Positions 1 to 12,297 of a stretch of DNA of 64,000 nucleotides are shown one piece after another. The DNA comes from Mobula hypostoma (taxonomy: Eukaryota): positions 75,146,001 to 75,210,000 of the forward strand of contig NC_086097.1 of NCBI RefSeq assembly GCF_963921235.1, read 5' to 3'. Position numbers and translations under genes: made by a program. Under the pieces are notes generated by a model. It searched no databases and was not told the origin of the DNA. It worked only from the letters and a program-made list of their open reading frames with translations. Each line of letters starts with the position of its first letter. Positions within the stretch are counted from its first letter, which is position 1.

Positions 1-178
1 TTCTTAATCCAGATCTGTTTTATTAATTGAATTTAAATTCCCATACTATCATGGCAGGATCTTGCCCTAGATCTTTAGTTCGGTAACACATCTGCTGTGC
101 TGCAATTAGTATTGTGTTCTGAAGCCTATCTTGAATACTAAAGTTCATGAATGTTACAAATAAAGGGTCTTTTTCCTC

Positions 179-3100
179 TTTCTTTCTTTTTTTCTTTCTT
201 TTTAAATCTTTTTATTGAGTAAGTATACAAAAAAGGTAAGCCATATAAACATTAATACAATGTTAAAGTATAATAAAATTCCAAAAGATAACAATACCAA
301 AAAGAAAATACTACAAACAATGTAATTTAAGCATAAGAAACCAAGATAACATAATAGTATACTAGATTTTATATATATCAATGGAAAAAAAGAAAAAAAA
401 AACCCCAAAAAAAAACCCACCGTGCAACTAACTAAAAGCAAAGCAAAGCAATGGGCTAACTTGAAACCAAACAGAGTTAAACTTAAAATCACGTCCTCAA
501 TCCCGACCTCCATTAAAACAGTGAAGAGAAAACAAGAAGGGTAAATATTACATTAAATGAAAATATCGAATAAAAGGTCCCCAAATCTGTTCAAATTTAA
601 ATGAAGAATCATAAAGGTTACTTCTAATTTTCTCCAGATTCAAACATAAAATCGTCTGAGAAAACCAAAAAAAGGTAGTTGGAGCATTAAGCTCTTTCCA
701 ATGTTGTAAAATACATCTTTTCGCCATTAAAGTAAGAAATGCAATCATTCTACGGGCTGAAGGGGAAAGATTACTAGAAATTTTAGGTAGTCCAAAGATA
801 GCAGTAATAGGGTGAGGAGAGATATCTATATTTAATACCTTAGAAATAATATTGAAAATATCTCTCCAAAAAGTTTCCAAAGTAGGGCAAGACCAAAACA
901 TATGAGTTAAAGAGGCTATCTGCCCCGAACATCTATCACAGAAAGGATTAATATGCGAGTAAAAACGCGCTAACTTATCTTTGGACATATGTGCTCTATG
1001 AACCACTTTAAATTGAATTAGGGAATGTTTAGCACAAATAGAGGAAGTATTAACTAATTGTAAAATCTGCCCCCAATCATCCACAGAAATGGTAAGCCCC
1101 AATTCCTGTTCCCAATCTACCCTAATCTTATCAAATGGAGCTTTCCTAAGTTTCATAATAATATTATAAATCATAGCCGATGCACCTTTCTGACATGGAT
1201 TAAGGTTAATTATCGAATCTAAAATATATATAGGAGGAAGCATTGGAAAGGAAGTAAGTATAGTACTTAGGAAATTTCTAACTTGTAAATATCTAAAAAA
1301 ATGTATTCTTGATAAGTTATATTTGTTAGATAATTGTTCAAAAGACATAAGGGAACCATCTAAAAATAAATCCAAAAACCGTAAAATACCCTTAGTCTTC
1401 CAAGTTTGAAAAGCGCGATCCGTAAAAGAGGGAGGAAAAAATATGTTACCTAAAATAGGAATCGCTAACCCGAATTGATTAAGATCAAAAAATTTTCTGA
1501 ATTGAAACCAAATGCGCAAAGCATATTTAACTATCGGGTTAGAGACCTGCTTAAGACGTTTCGAATCAAAAGGAAGAGAGGAACCTAAAATAGAACCAAG
1601 TGTATAACCCTGAACAGATTGTAATTCCAATGCTACCCATTTAGGAATAAATAGTATGTCCCGATCAAGTAACCAAAATTTCATATGTCGAATATTAATA
1701 GCCCAATAATAAAATCTAAAGTTAGGTAATGCTAAACCTCCATCTCTCTTAGCTTTCTGTAAATGTATTTTACCCAGTCTCGGATTCTTGTTCTGCCAAA
1801 TAAATGAAGAAATTTTAGAGTCAACTTTATCAAAAAAAGATTTAGGAACGAAAATTGGTAATGCCTGAAACACATATAAAAATTTTGGCAAAAAAAACAT
1901 CTTAACTGCATTAATACGACCAATCAAAGTTAAATATAAGGGAAACCATTTAGATGAAAGTTGAGTAATATGGTCTATTAATGGTAAAAAGTTAGTCTTA
2001 AATAAATCTTTATGTTTACAAGTAATTTTAATCCCAAGATATGAAAAGTAATTATTAATCAATTTAAATGGAAATTTATAATATAAGGGAAGATGTTTAT
2101 TAATCGGAAAAAGTTCACTCTTACTAAGATTTAATTTATAACCTGAGAAAAGACCAAATTGTGCTAATAACTCTAAAACAGCAGGAATGGATCTCTCAGG
2201 ATTAGAAATATATAAAAGTAAATCATCAGCATAGAGTGATAATTTATGGGACTTTAATCCCCGAGTTATCCCAGTAATATTTAAAGATTCTCGAATAGCA
2301 ATTGCAAGAGGTTCTAATGCAATATCAAATAATAGGGGACTAAGAGGACAGCCTTGTCGAGTACCACGAAAGAGAGGAAAAAAAGGTGAGTTTAAGGAGT
2401 TAGTACGAACCGAGGCTACAGGGGAGTAATATAACAGTTTAATCCAGGATATAAATTTCAAGCTAAAATTAAACATTTCAAGCACCTTAAATAAATAAGG
2501 CCATTCTACTCTATCAAAAGCTTTCTCGGCATCTAAAGAAATAACACACTCAGGAACATTTTGTGAGGGAGTATAAACGATATTTAACAATGTACGAATA
2601 TTATAAAAAGAGTAACGACCTTTAATAAAACCCGTTTGGTCTTCCGAAATAATAGAAGGAAGTACTTTTTCTAGTCTATTTGCTAATAACTTAGAAAAAA
2701 CTTTAGAATCAACATTTAATAAAGATATTGGTCTATAAGATGCACATTGAGCAGGGTCTTTATCCTTCTTTAGTATTAAAGAAATTGATGCTCTATTAAA
2801 AGATTCCGGAAGTTTACCAAGTTTCAAAGAAGCCTCAAAAACCTTATAGAGCCAAGGAATCAATAAAGAAGCAAAACATTTATAAAATTCAACGGTAAAC
2901 CCATCAGGGCCAGGAGCTTTCCCCAGATTCATAGAAAAAATAACATTCTTAATCTCATCCATTGTAATGGAAGTATCTAATAAAGAAGACATATCCTGTG
3001 AAATCAGAGGGAAGTCTAACTTATCTAAAAAATCATTCATATATTTAGAATCTCGAGGAGACTCTGATTGGTATAAAGAAGAATAAAAATCACAAAAGGT

Positions 3101-3807
3101 TTGATTAATCCCCACATGATCCAATATCAATCGATCATTTTGGTTATAAATCTGATTGATTTGAGATTTAACATAATTAGATTTCAATTGATTAGCCAGC
3201 AGCTTGCCAATTTTATCACTGTAAACATAAAAATCACTTCTTGTTTTCTTTAATTGGTTTACAATCGAGGACGAGAGTAGTAAACTGTGTTCCATTTGAA
3301 GTTCAGTTCTTTGTTTGTATAGCTCCTCAGAAGGAGCCATAACATATTTCTTATCAATTTCTTTAATCTTGTCCACAATTACCATCTCCTCCTGCTTCTG
3401 TTTCTTCCTCAAAGCAACGGAATACGAAATAATCTGACCCCGAATATAGGCTTTAAAAGTGTCCCAAAGAGTGTTAACCGAAATATCTTCTGTATGGTTA
3501 ATTGTAAAAAAAAGCTCAATCTGTTCATTCATAAAATTAACAAAGTCCGAGTCCTGAAGCAACAGCGAATTAAAACGCCATTGTCTATTGTTTGGTATAT
3601 TGGCCATAATTTTAATAGAAAGCTTAAGTGGAGCATGATCCGAAATGGTTATAGAATCATAATCACATTTAATCACTGAAGAAATGAGACGAGAATCAAT
3701 GAAAAAATAATCAATTCTTGAATAGGAATGATGAACATGTGAAAAGAAGGAAAAATCTTTTTCCTGAGGATGCAGAAAACGCCAAATGTCCGTCGACCCA
3801 GAATCAG
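179..3807 (-). mobile_element. L1-clade LINE, 5'-truncated inside the endonuclease, recent insertion
   Basis: Perfect 15-bp TSD AGGGTCTTTTTCCTC at 164-178 and 3808-3822; A-rich tail (T-rich on +, 179-203); AATAAA on - strand at 211-216; open ORF2. Confidence 0.95.
548..3805 (-). CDS. L1 ORF2 (C-terminal half of APE endonuclease, reverse transcriptase, CCHC zinc knuckle); no true start codon
   Basis: 1042-aa ORF stays open upstream (DIWRFLHP..HHSYSRIDYFF..SDHAPL); RT motifs KAPGPDG, SLDAEKAFDRVEW, GTRQGCPLSPLLF, YADD; C-terminal CDRC-x8-H-x4-C. Confidence 0.93.
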   Translation of the reverse strand, partial: DSGSTDIWRFLHPQEKDFSFFSHVHHSYSRIDYFFIDSRLISSVIKCDYDSITISDHAPLKLSIKIMANIPNNRQWRFNSLLLQDSDFVNFMNEQIELFFTINHTEDISVNTLWDTFKAYIRGQIISYSVALRKKQKQEEMVIVDKIKEIDKKYVMAPSEELYKQRTELQMEHSLLLSSSIVNQLKKTRSDFYVYSDKIGKLLANQLKSNYVKSQINQIYNQNDRLILDHVGINQTFCDFYSSLYQSESPRDSKYMNDFLDKLDFPLISQDMSSLLDTSITMDEIKNVIFSMNLGKAPGPDGFTVEFYKCFASLLIPWLYKVFEASLKLGKLPESFNRASISLILKKDKDPAQCASYRPISLLNVDSKVFSKLLANRLEKVLPSIISEDQTGFIKGRYSFYNIRTLLNIVYTPSQNVPECVISLDAEKAFDRVEWPYLFKVLEMFNFSLKFISWIKLLYYSPVASVRTNSLNSPFFPLFRGTRQGCPLSPLLFDIALEPLAIAIRESLNITGITRGLKSHKLSLYADDLLLYISNPERSIPAVLELLAQFGLFSGYKLNLSKSELFPINKHLPLYYKFPFKLINNYFSYLGIKITCKHKDLFKTNFLPLIDHITQLSSKWFPLYLTLIGRINAVKMFFLPKFLYVFQALPIFVPKSFFDKVDSKISSFIWQNKNPRLGKIHLQKAKRDGGLALPNFRFYYWAINIRHMKFWLLDRDILFIPKWVALELQSVQGYTLGSILGSSLPFDSKRLKQVSNPIVKYALRIWFQFRKFFDLNQFGLAIPILGNIFFPPSFTDRAFQTWKTKGILRFLDLFLDGSLMSFEQLSNKYNLSRIHFFRYLQVRNFLSTILTSFPMLPPIYILDSIINLNPCQKGASAMIYNIIMKLRKAPFDKIRVDWEQELGLTISVDDWGQILQLVNTSSICAKHSLIQFKVVHRAHMSKDKLARFYSHINPFCDRCSGQIASLTHMFWSCPTLETFWRDIFNIISKVLNIDISPHPITAIFGLPKISSNLSPSARRMIAFLTLMAKRCILQHWKELNAPTTFFWFSQTILCLNLEKIRSNLYDSSFKFEQIWGPFIRYFHLM

Positions 3808-4139
3808 AGGGTCTTTTTCCTCAAGCATCACCATGCTAAGTTCTATGTAAACTTGATGCAGTCACAGTGTAAAAATAGAAGCAAAGAATCAGAAAAAGAA
3901 GCATGTAAACACCTGTGACACCGTTCAACATTTATTTTGCCACTCCCCACTCAACAGGTGTAGTATATACCCTGTGTTAGTAAAAACTACATGTATAGGA
4001 CACAGCTTGCATCAGTGAATACCATCTCCTGGAGTGTACAAATTTTCAAAAACTTTGAATTAATTTTGTAAGTTGCATGCAGAACTACCTCAACTCCCAT
4101 TTAATCATCACTTCAGTGTTCACTGACCCATAGTGTCTG

Positions 4140-4450
4140 ACAATGTCTAGGTTTTAAGACCTTTCTTCTAGTTTTAAAACAAATCTCAGATAGTATTATC
4201 TTCCCTATCACTGTAATCTTATCCAGCTTTGTAAGATCTCTGCATTCCTCTATTTTTGGTCTCTTCTATATTCCCAATTGGAATTCTCCATCATTGATTC
4301 AACAATGGTTGCCTTGGTGCTAAATCTACTCTTCTCTTCTTCTTAGGGATATTCCTTAGAAACAGGTAGTCTATTTTGTGTTTCCCTGTACTCTTAAAAT
4401 TTATGGGCAATGCTCTGTTTAAATGTTTTGGTGCATTTTGATTGATGAAC
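4140..4450 (+). mobile_element. old L2-like LINE 3' remnant
   Basis: Degenerate similarity to the L2 ORF2 C-terminus (PYxCNL..LRSS..GLL region); no ORF. Confidence 0.35.
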
Positions 4451-5784
4451 GGCAGATCATAATTGGAATTTATTGTTTTAGTATGAGGCAGTTCATTTCA
4501 TATGGAATGTGTCCATTTTGTAATTTGGATAGAGTGGCTGTATTGTGTATGGATAGCATTTTTATTTTGCTTAACCACAATCTACATGAGTAGAATTTCA
4601 TATGACCTCTCTGAACTGACACTGTCTACCTGAGAATCAAGCAAGCTCTGGATGGATGGATTTGTAAATGGGAAGATATTAACAAAGAAATGCAAAGGAC
4701 TTGAAAATGTAACTTCAAAGTGCTTAAATAAGCAAGCGTCAAATGATTTAGAGCATTTGTATGATTGTTTCCTAGTTGGAGGAAGTAATGGCCTAGGCAT
4801 TTTAAAAATATATTTTTGGGACACTGTGTTTACCCACTTAAGCTTAAAGCAACAAGTCAATCAATTGTCCATGAAGTACCATCTTATATAACATATTAAG
4901 TTTACTTGGAAAGACAGTTGTAATTTGCCTATGGTAGAACTGTTCCAGCAGCCATATTGGATTGTATGCATTGACTCATGGTTTATTGTCTTGCAGAGAT
5001 GCAAGAATACAAGTGAACAGGGAGTCATCTTGGGCAGATTTAGATAAAGGCAGCATAATTAGTGTCATGTAAAACTCACTGTGATCACAAGCGAGAGGTC
5101 CCTCCTGTCAACTGTGTGGTCCCTGGTACTAAATATAGAGCTGGATATGTTATAAGTTCATCTCATTAATAAGAACAGAATATATAATCTGTACATGAAT
5201 AGAAAAGAAAATCTGTGAGGCAGGTTTCTCTGCCCATTTCCTTGTCCACAGCTGTGAATTTCAGTGAGAATTAAAGCAAGGCTAATTCAGAAGACATCCC
5301 ATGACCTGCCAGGTTAGCTGTCACCTCCTGATTCTCAATGCAAGTCTTTAGCTTCTCCTGAACACAGCCTCAGCCAAGTGACAGAAAAATACATTCCATG
5401 ACAGAAAAAAAGAACATTATGTCCCATTCGCCCATCAGCACTCAAAATTGCTCAGTCTTAACAGCTATATTATTATGTCTTTCCCTGAAATGCAGATTTT
5501 ATTTCCATTAGCAAACAGTCGTGTTACAAAGATCAGCAGTGGTATTTAAACTATTTAGCTCAGATTTTAAAACCATTTTATTCACGTGTCATTACAAAAT
5601 CTAAATAAAATGTTCTCAAGTATTTAAGACTAAAAATCAGGAACTCTGATATAATTATAAACCTTGATGATCTGAACAAAAATTGGAAATTAAAGTAAGC
5701 TGTTGACCACTTAATAAAATGTGTCTTGAAAAACATTCATAGCTTCTCTTTTCAATTCCTTTGTTATACATTCTTGTATTTTAA

Positions 5785-5799
5785 ACACACACACACACA
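5785..5799. repeat. short (AC)n microsatellite
   Basis: acacacacacacaca. Confidence 0.7.
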
Positions 5800-8700
5800 A
5801 ATACATTAGTAATTTAATTTCTGTGCATTTGTTTATAAACCAAATGTTTTCAACAAAGAAATGTGAACATTTTGGAAATTATGCAGCTATGTTTTTGCTT
5901 ACAGTAATTAATTTCTACTTGCTTATTTGCCCAGATAATTAAAATAGTCTTGCAAAGAATTGTGAAGAAATGTAAGAAATAACTATCACTGCTAAGACTG
6001 GCTTCACACTGTCAGACTCTTGTAAACAACAAAAAACTTCATTTACTTTTATCTGTCACCAATTTATAACTGTTATCACATACAAATTATAAATGTTCTA
6101 GAAATCATTAATGGTGCTATAATATAGGAATACTTGCAATCTGCTTTTCTTGCTCTGTCAGTTCTTCTTTCATATGAAAAATCCCACTGAATTTCTCATA
6201 CAAAGCCAATTGTGGGTTAAAATTTAATCATGCTATTTATTTAGGCAGTACAGACCAAGGCGGAGAAAGTCTTTCATGGTTAGGCAAATATGTAAATACG
6301 TTCAGTTTGTGAAAAAAATACAACTCTCCTGCTAACAATTAGAGTCACAATGCACCCTTTGCATTTCCAAGGAAAAATTGACAATTTGATTACAACTTGT
6401 ACTTTTTCTACTGCCATGAAAGCAGTTTATGTTTGAAAAGTATCATCTGGAAAGTAGTTATTACTCATAAATGGTCTTCTATTGCACTTTCTGCAAAGTG
6501 AGCTGTTAACGGATATAATTTGGCTAAGATAGCCAGAGGAGGCCTTTTGATATGCAGAGAAGTTGACCCACGTGCTGAGTCTTTAATTGGGTTTTTAATT
6601 TTCCAGGCCATCTGACAATATCAAACATGATCCCGGAGCCTGAAAGATTCATTGGAGCCTAAGCACGAGGTGCTGCATCATTGGCGTCACAGAGAGAAGA
6701 TAGAAAGAATTCAGCTCGAGTAGAAGTAAAATTATTCATATTTATTCATAATTTTCCAATATTATAGGCAATTCAGAATGTAGAATTTTTTAAAGTCCTT
6801 AGAGTGCAGGTATTTCCAGAAAAATGAAACCCTTGTTAAAAGACCCAAGCATTAAAATTCTCCACAGTAACTATTCATCATTCTAATTATATTTTAAAAA
6901 CATAATAGCTTGCATTTATTTTTTTGACAGTAAAATTTAGATAGCAAAAAAATTATTGTATGAATTGTACCTTACAAATCCTCAACATTGACTGGCAATC
7001 AGAAAATAAAATGAATACCATAGTAATCAGAAGGAGATTTTGTCTTCGCTGTGTGCCATACTTATCAATTTTAAAAAAATGTCACAACTGAGCTGGTTTC
7101 TCCAGAGGTTTGACACATCTGGAGTTGAATTTTTAAAGCATTTTAATTGCAAGCTAAACTGGATTAAAATGTAAATGCTTGTATAATTGAGATAAAAACT
7201 GATAAAAATGGAATCTCGTTTACAGTGCACACAATTACAAATAACACAGAAGCAGTCAGAAATGCCCGTATAATGAAATGTAAACCAAACTCATTTCTGA
7301 ATGCTGTAAGATTAAAAAAAATGAAGTGATTATAAGGTCACTCCTGATAATGTTAAAAAGTAAGAGCAAATTTGTCACATTCCAAGTTCATGAATTTAAA
7401 TAGCACTGAAATATGGATTTTTGAACTCTGTAAATCTCTTTAATAAAGGCCTCAGGAATTATCAAATATGACAATGTATAACATATAACACTTACACTTT
7501 CAAAAGCAGAACACAAAAATCTCGTTAGAGAAATTACTAATGGCAGCTGACATATGTTAATGGTTTAAGCAACCTAGCATCTGTTAGCATGAAATATTAG
7601 AAAGCAGAGATTAATTATTACCTCTGCTATCAATCTGATAAATCATTGTGCAAATTACACACAGAACCCAGGCATTTGTAGGGTAAATTCAGAACTGTAA
7701 AATTTAATCACTATACGCAAATTATAGTGATTTGTGACTCAACAGATATTCTAGCAGATTACACATAAACTTAGAATTGAAATAAAACTTGCCTGCTAAA
7801 AGAGAGGTAGAGATATGTAATAACATAAGCTAAATTAAGCAATGTTCATTTTAAACTGGCTGAATTTCTCCTTTGAATATTTTTATTAGATACATCCACT
7901 GATGATTGCATTGAAATTGTATTTTCCTATGTACATGGAGCAGCTATAAATCATTCCATCCCCAAGCTCTCACACAAATTTTGAGTTCTGTGGAAGAAAA
8001 TATTGATCCATAGATGCTGGTGACATCTCTCATTAGGCTTGTTGCATTTTGAATAAATACACTTTGAAACAAAACCGTTTTGAAGAGTTTATTTGAATTT
8101 GTTTCATGTTACACCTCTTATTTAAAGTAAGTTCCTTCCTTGGTTTTGCTTTATATTCTTGGCAGCCATGTATACTTTTGTTTTGATCTAGGGGAAAAAA
8201 GTGAATTTATTCACAATTGTCTTCTGAAAAGAATACGACCATGACTGAAGCAATATATCACTAATTTTCCTGTTAGATTATTCTTGCATGTTAATTAATG
8301 ACTGCATCCAGGAATATGTAGATGAATGCTTACATTTTCATATGGCATTTGTCTGTTCCTCAGCTAAACAGAAATATTTTAAATGGCTTAGCACCTCTGT
8401 TAAAATAGCAGAGGAATGACATATGAATGAGCTAAGTGTTTCTCTGCTATTAACACCAACATTAATTTCTACCCGAACATTTAGTGGAGTGAGGTAACCA
8501 TGGATGTCTCACGGGATTAGATAAAGTACAAAGCAACACAAATATGTTGTTAACCATTCCTGTAGAAGTGTTGTATGACATGCTTCTATATTTTTATATG
8601 TTAATATTTCATGAAGTATGTAGTCAAGATTGTTCAACATTAGTTTTGGTTTAAGGATGCAATTTACTGCAGTGCATATCTAATATCTCAGTTATGCTTA

Positions 8701-9944
8701 CAACAGTTTAATTATCTATCCTTGAACTCAATACATATTTTATAAAAATGAATTAGTACTTTTTTTAGATGAGGAAAGAATTATATGTTTTTTTTAAGTA
8801 TTGAAGGAATGGATAAGTGGCAGAATGTTATTTTTCTCTCTCTGTCATTTAGGTCTCAGGGCTGAATTTTCAAAGTGTATTCTGACAGCAAGGAACTTTA
8901 CCCAGTGGGAGTACATATCAAAAGTGTGAGCAAGGAGACCACAGTTTTCAGTATATGTTGGTGGTAAGCAGATGTATAATCAGACTTCTGTGTCTGCATC
9001 AGACATTTCTGGTTAAAGTACACTCCAGGTTTGATGGAAGATAAAGTTCACAGAAATATGAAAGAAATTAAGCACTAGAAATATCAGTCTCTGATATACC
9101 AGCTCTCCAATTTCAGTGCCCTCCTACAAGGCAACCATTTCCAATATTGCAGTCTCTTCTATTTTCCCTGGTTGTTTTTTTTCCCCAGCACTTATTACTT
9201 TTGACTAAAGAAGTTCTTCCTACCGCCTGTTTTAAATTTACTTTCACTAATTTAAGTTTACCATTTGTCCACTGATCTTGCTTTTCCAGCTTGCTTTGAA
9301 GCAATATTCCGGGCTTACCTCGAATATGCCATGTAATATTTCATATTCCTTGAAGACGTGCCCTGCCTTAATCAATTTTTTTCCAAGACTAAAGAGCTTG
9401 AATAAGCTAATCTTTCTTCATTGTGTTTTCCCTTTGGTCTTGCTTTCACGAAACTCTCTACAAGTTAATACATTTCACAACACATGCTGGTAATAATAAA
9501 CCTGATTCTGATTCCGATGTTCTTTAGGCATGATGACCAGAACATAACACAGCTCTCCAACCGTATCTTGACTTAATCGCAAATTTTGAAGTGATATGTG
9601 TCTATCTGTCAATGATTTTTAGCTGCTTATTTTGCATTCAGTCCTTTAGATTTTTTTGTCTCCTGTGCTAATTTATTTTGGAATCTTTTTATGGTCAATG
9701 TGCATGTTTCGCCAACATTGTTTATCTGTCTACATTAAAAATATTTACCACTGCATGTTCTATTGCAGAAGTAATCTAAATACAAATGCAACTATTTTTC
9801 TGCCTTTTCTGTTTGAAAATTTACCCTGTATTTTGATGGTGACAAGTTCTAGGCCTTGGCCTCAATACCTCCTTGTGCAATTGGATCCTCAGTTTCCTCA
9901 CTTGCAGAGTCCAGTAAGTTTTGATTTGCAACATCTCCTCCATA

Positions 9945-11004
9945 ATGTCCATAAGCACAGGTGCACCAGAAGACTCTGGGCTTAGCCCCTGCTCCTCTCA
10001 CATTATACTTATGACAGTGTGGCTAAGCACAGCTAAAATGCCATATTCAAGTTTGCTGATGATACCACTGTTGTAGGCTGAATCAAAGGTGGTGATGAAT
10101 CAGCATACGGGAAAGTGAGTGAAATTCTGGCTGAGATGATTATTGACTCCAGGAGAAGGAAGCCAGAGGTCTATGAGCCAGTCCTCATCGGAGGAGCAGA
10201 GATGGAGAGGGTCAGCAACTTTAAATTCTTGGGTGTTATTATTTCAGAGGACTTGTCCTGGACCCATAAGTGCAATTATGAAGAAAGCATGGCAGCACCT
10301 CTTACTTCCTTAGAAGTTTGTAAAGATTTGGCATGACATCTAAAACTTTGCCAGACTTCTATAGATATGTAGTGGAGAGTATATTGACTGCCTGCATCAC
10401 AGTCCAGTACGGAAACAGCAATGCCCTTGAATAGAAAATTCTACAAAAATAGTGCATGTGGTCTAGTCCATCACAGGTATACCGCTCCCCACCACTGAGC
10501 ACATCAGTGTAAAACGCTGTTGCAGGAAAGCAGCATCCATCATCAGGGACTCCCACCAACCAGGACATGCTCTCTCCTCGCTGCTGCCATCAGGAAAAGG
10601 TACAGGAGCCTCAAGATTCATCATTCACCATTATGTTCAAGATCAGTTACTACCCCTCATTCATCAGGTTCTTGAACCAAAGAGGATATCTACACTCAGC
10701 TACACTTGTCCCATCATTGAAATGTTTCCACAACCAATGGACTCACTTTCAAGAACTCTTCATCTCATGTTCTTGATATTTATTGCTTATTTATTAATAT
10801 TATTATTTTTCTTTTTGCATTTGCACATTGTTGTCTTTTGCACACTGTTTGATCTCCCAAGTTGATGCAATCTTTCATTGATTCTGTGATGGTTATTATT
10901 CTATAGATTTATTGAGTATGGCTGCAAGAAAATTAATCTCAGGTATATGGTGACATACTGTATATGTACTTTGATTATAAATTTACTTTGGACTTTGGAT
11001 TTGA
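9945..11004 (+). mobile_element. Rex1/Babar LINE 3' fragment, family A (..ATAAATTTACTTTG(A/G)ACTTTG tail), decayed
   Basis: LSPLL, KFADDTTVVG and ERVSNFKFLGVIISEDLSW motifs with frameshifts; 3' UTR shared with six other copies in the window. Confidence 0.88.
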
Positions 11005-11319
11005 CATCCAAATTATTCATGCTAGGCTGATCTCAACTCTAGTACACAATGAACTACATGTCAGTGTTGCTTTAAAAAATGCTGGCTGAAAATCCAAAGA
11101 AATCCTCTGAAAAAATCAGAAAACAAGAGTCAAGGATGCCCCTCCTTGAAACCAAGGTCTCAGCACAATATGACATTGGGGATGAAATGGAGAGAGAGGA
11201 AGTTGCTACACATTCATAGCCTTCCTTTGGGTTACTTCATCTTTTGGGGTGGCAACAGTTTTTTTGATGCTTGCTACCATACTGTATTTAGAGTGGGTAT
11301 GTTGCCCTTTGGGAGGTAG

Positions 11320-11676
11320 GGTGAAGATGTGTCTCTACCAAAGGAGGTGTAAAGCATTCCTTCTCTTGACTAGCCTGCATGTCATCCTTGGGGAAAATGT
11401 CGAACCTTCTTAGCGCCCCCACCCCCCCTGCAATAAGGGTCACGTGGCATGGCAGCATGGTCATATGAGCAGCTGGTGCATATCACAAGTCCTGGTTATG
11501 CAACCACTGATGCCAGGCAGACAATGTCTGAAGAGTATTGATAATGGCTGGGATCACCAATCCTGTAAAGACACCGCCCAGAAGAAGCATGGCAAAGCAC
11601 TTCAGCAAAAACATTTACCAAGACTAATCATGGTCAAGAGACCATGATTGCCCATGGCACATAATAATGATGATGT
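11320..11676 (+). mobile_element. probable RTE-related non-autonomous retroelement or SINE
   Basis: Balanced-GC island ending in (GAT)n; AGAAGAAGCATGGCAAAGCACTTC resembles the RTE/Bov-A GAAGGNAATGGCAAACCAC motif. Confidence 0.4.
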
Positions 11677-11770
11677 TGTTAACTTAGTCTTCGAATGGTT
11701 GTAAGTTCCGATCATCATGATGATGCCAGAGGCTTCAGAAAAAGAACATGCACTTCACGAACATTTTTTT

Positions 11771-12297
11771 TTAGATTATGAGGACACGCAGTCCTCTTTT
11801 ATTGTCATTTAGTAATACATGCATTAAGAAATGATACAATATTCCTCCGGTGTGATATCACAGAAACACAGGACAGACCAAGACTAAAAAACTAATAAGA
11901 ATCACATAATTATAGCATATAGTTACAACAGTGCAACAATACCATAACTTGATGAAGAACAGGCCATGGCACAGTAAAAAAGTTCAATATCTCTCGTTAA
12001 GTCCCACATCTCACGCAGACGGGAGAAGGCAGAAAACTCTCCCTGCCATGCCCGACCACAGTCTGACTGAGTCGTCCGAAAACTTCGAGCTCTGATCAGA
12101 CCTCCGACACCAAGTACCGAACACCATCTCTATCCGAACGCTTCGACCTCAGCCTCGGTCGCCAGAAGCAGGCAAAGCTGGGGATTTTGGGGCCTTCCCT
12201 CTGGAGATTCTTGATTGCACAGTAGCAGCGGCAGCCAACTGGGCATTTCAGAAATTTCTCCAGATGGTCCTCTGCTTCTCACGTCTGTCTTCATCAA
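11771..12297 (-). mobile_element. non-autonomous retroelement with AATCT tail, copy 1 (lacks ~94 nt of the 5' end)
   Basis: Colinear with 46482-47076; 3' hairpin GAGGAC-n5-GTCCTC at 11780-11796. Confidence 0.85.

Noticed and set aside
202..513. 103-aa hydrophobic ORF that looks like a membrane protein
   Set aside because: It lies in the T-rich L1 3' UTR; the F/L/V bias follows from base composition
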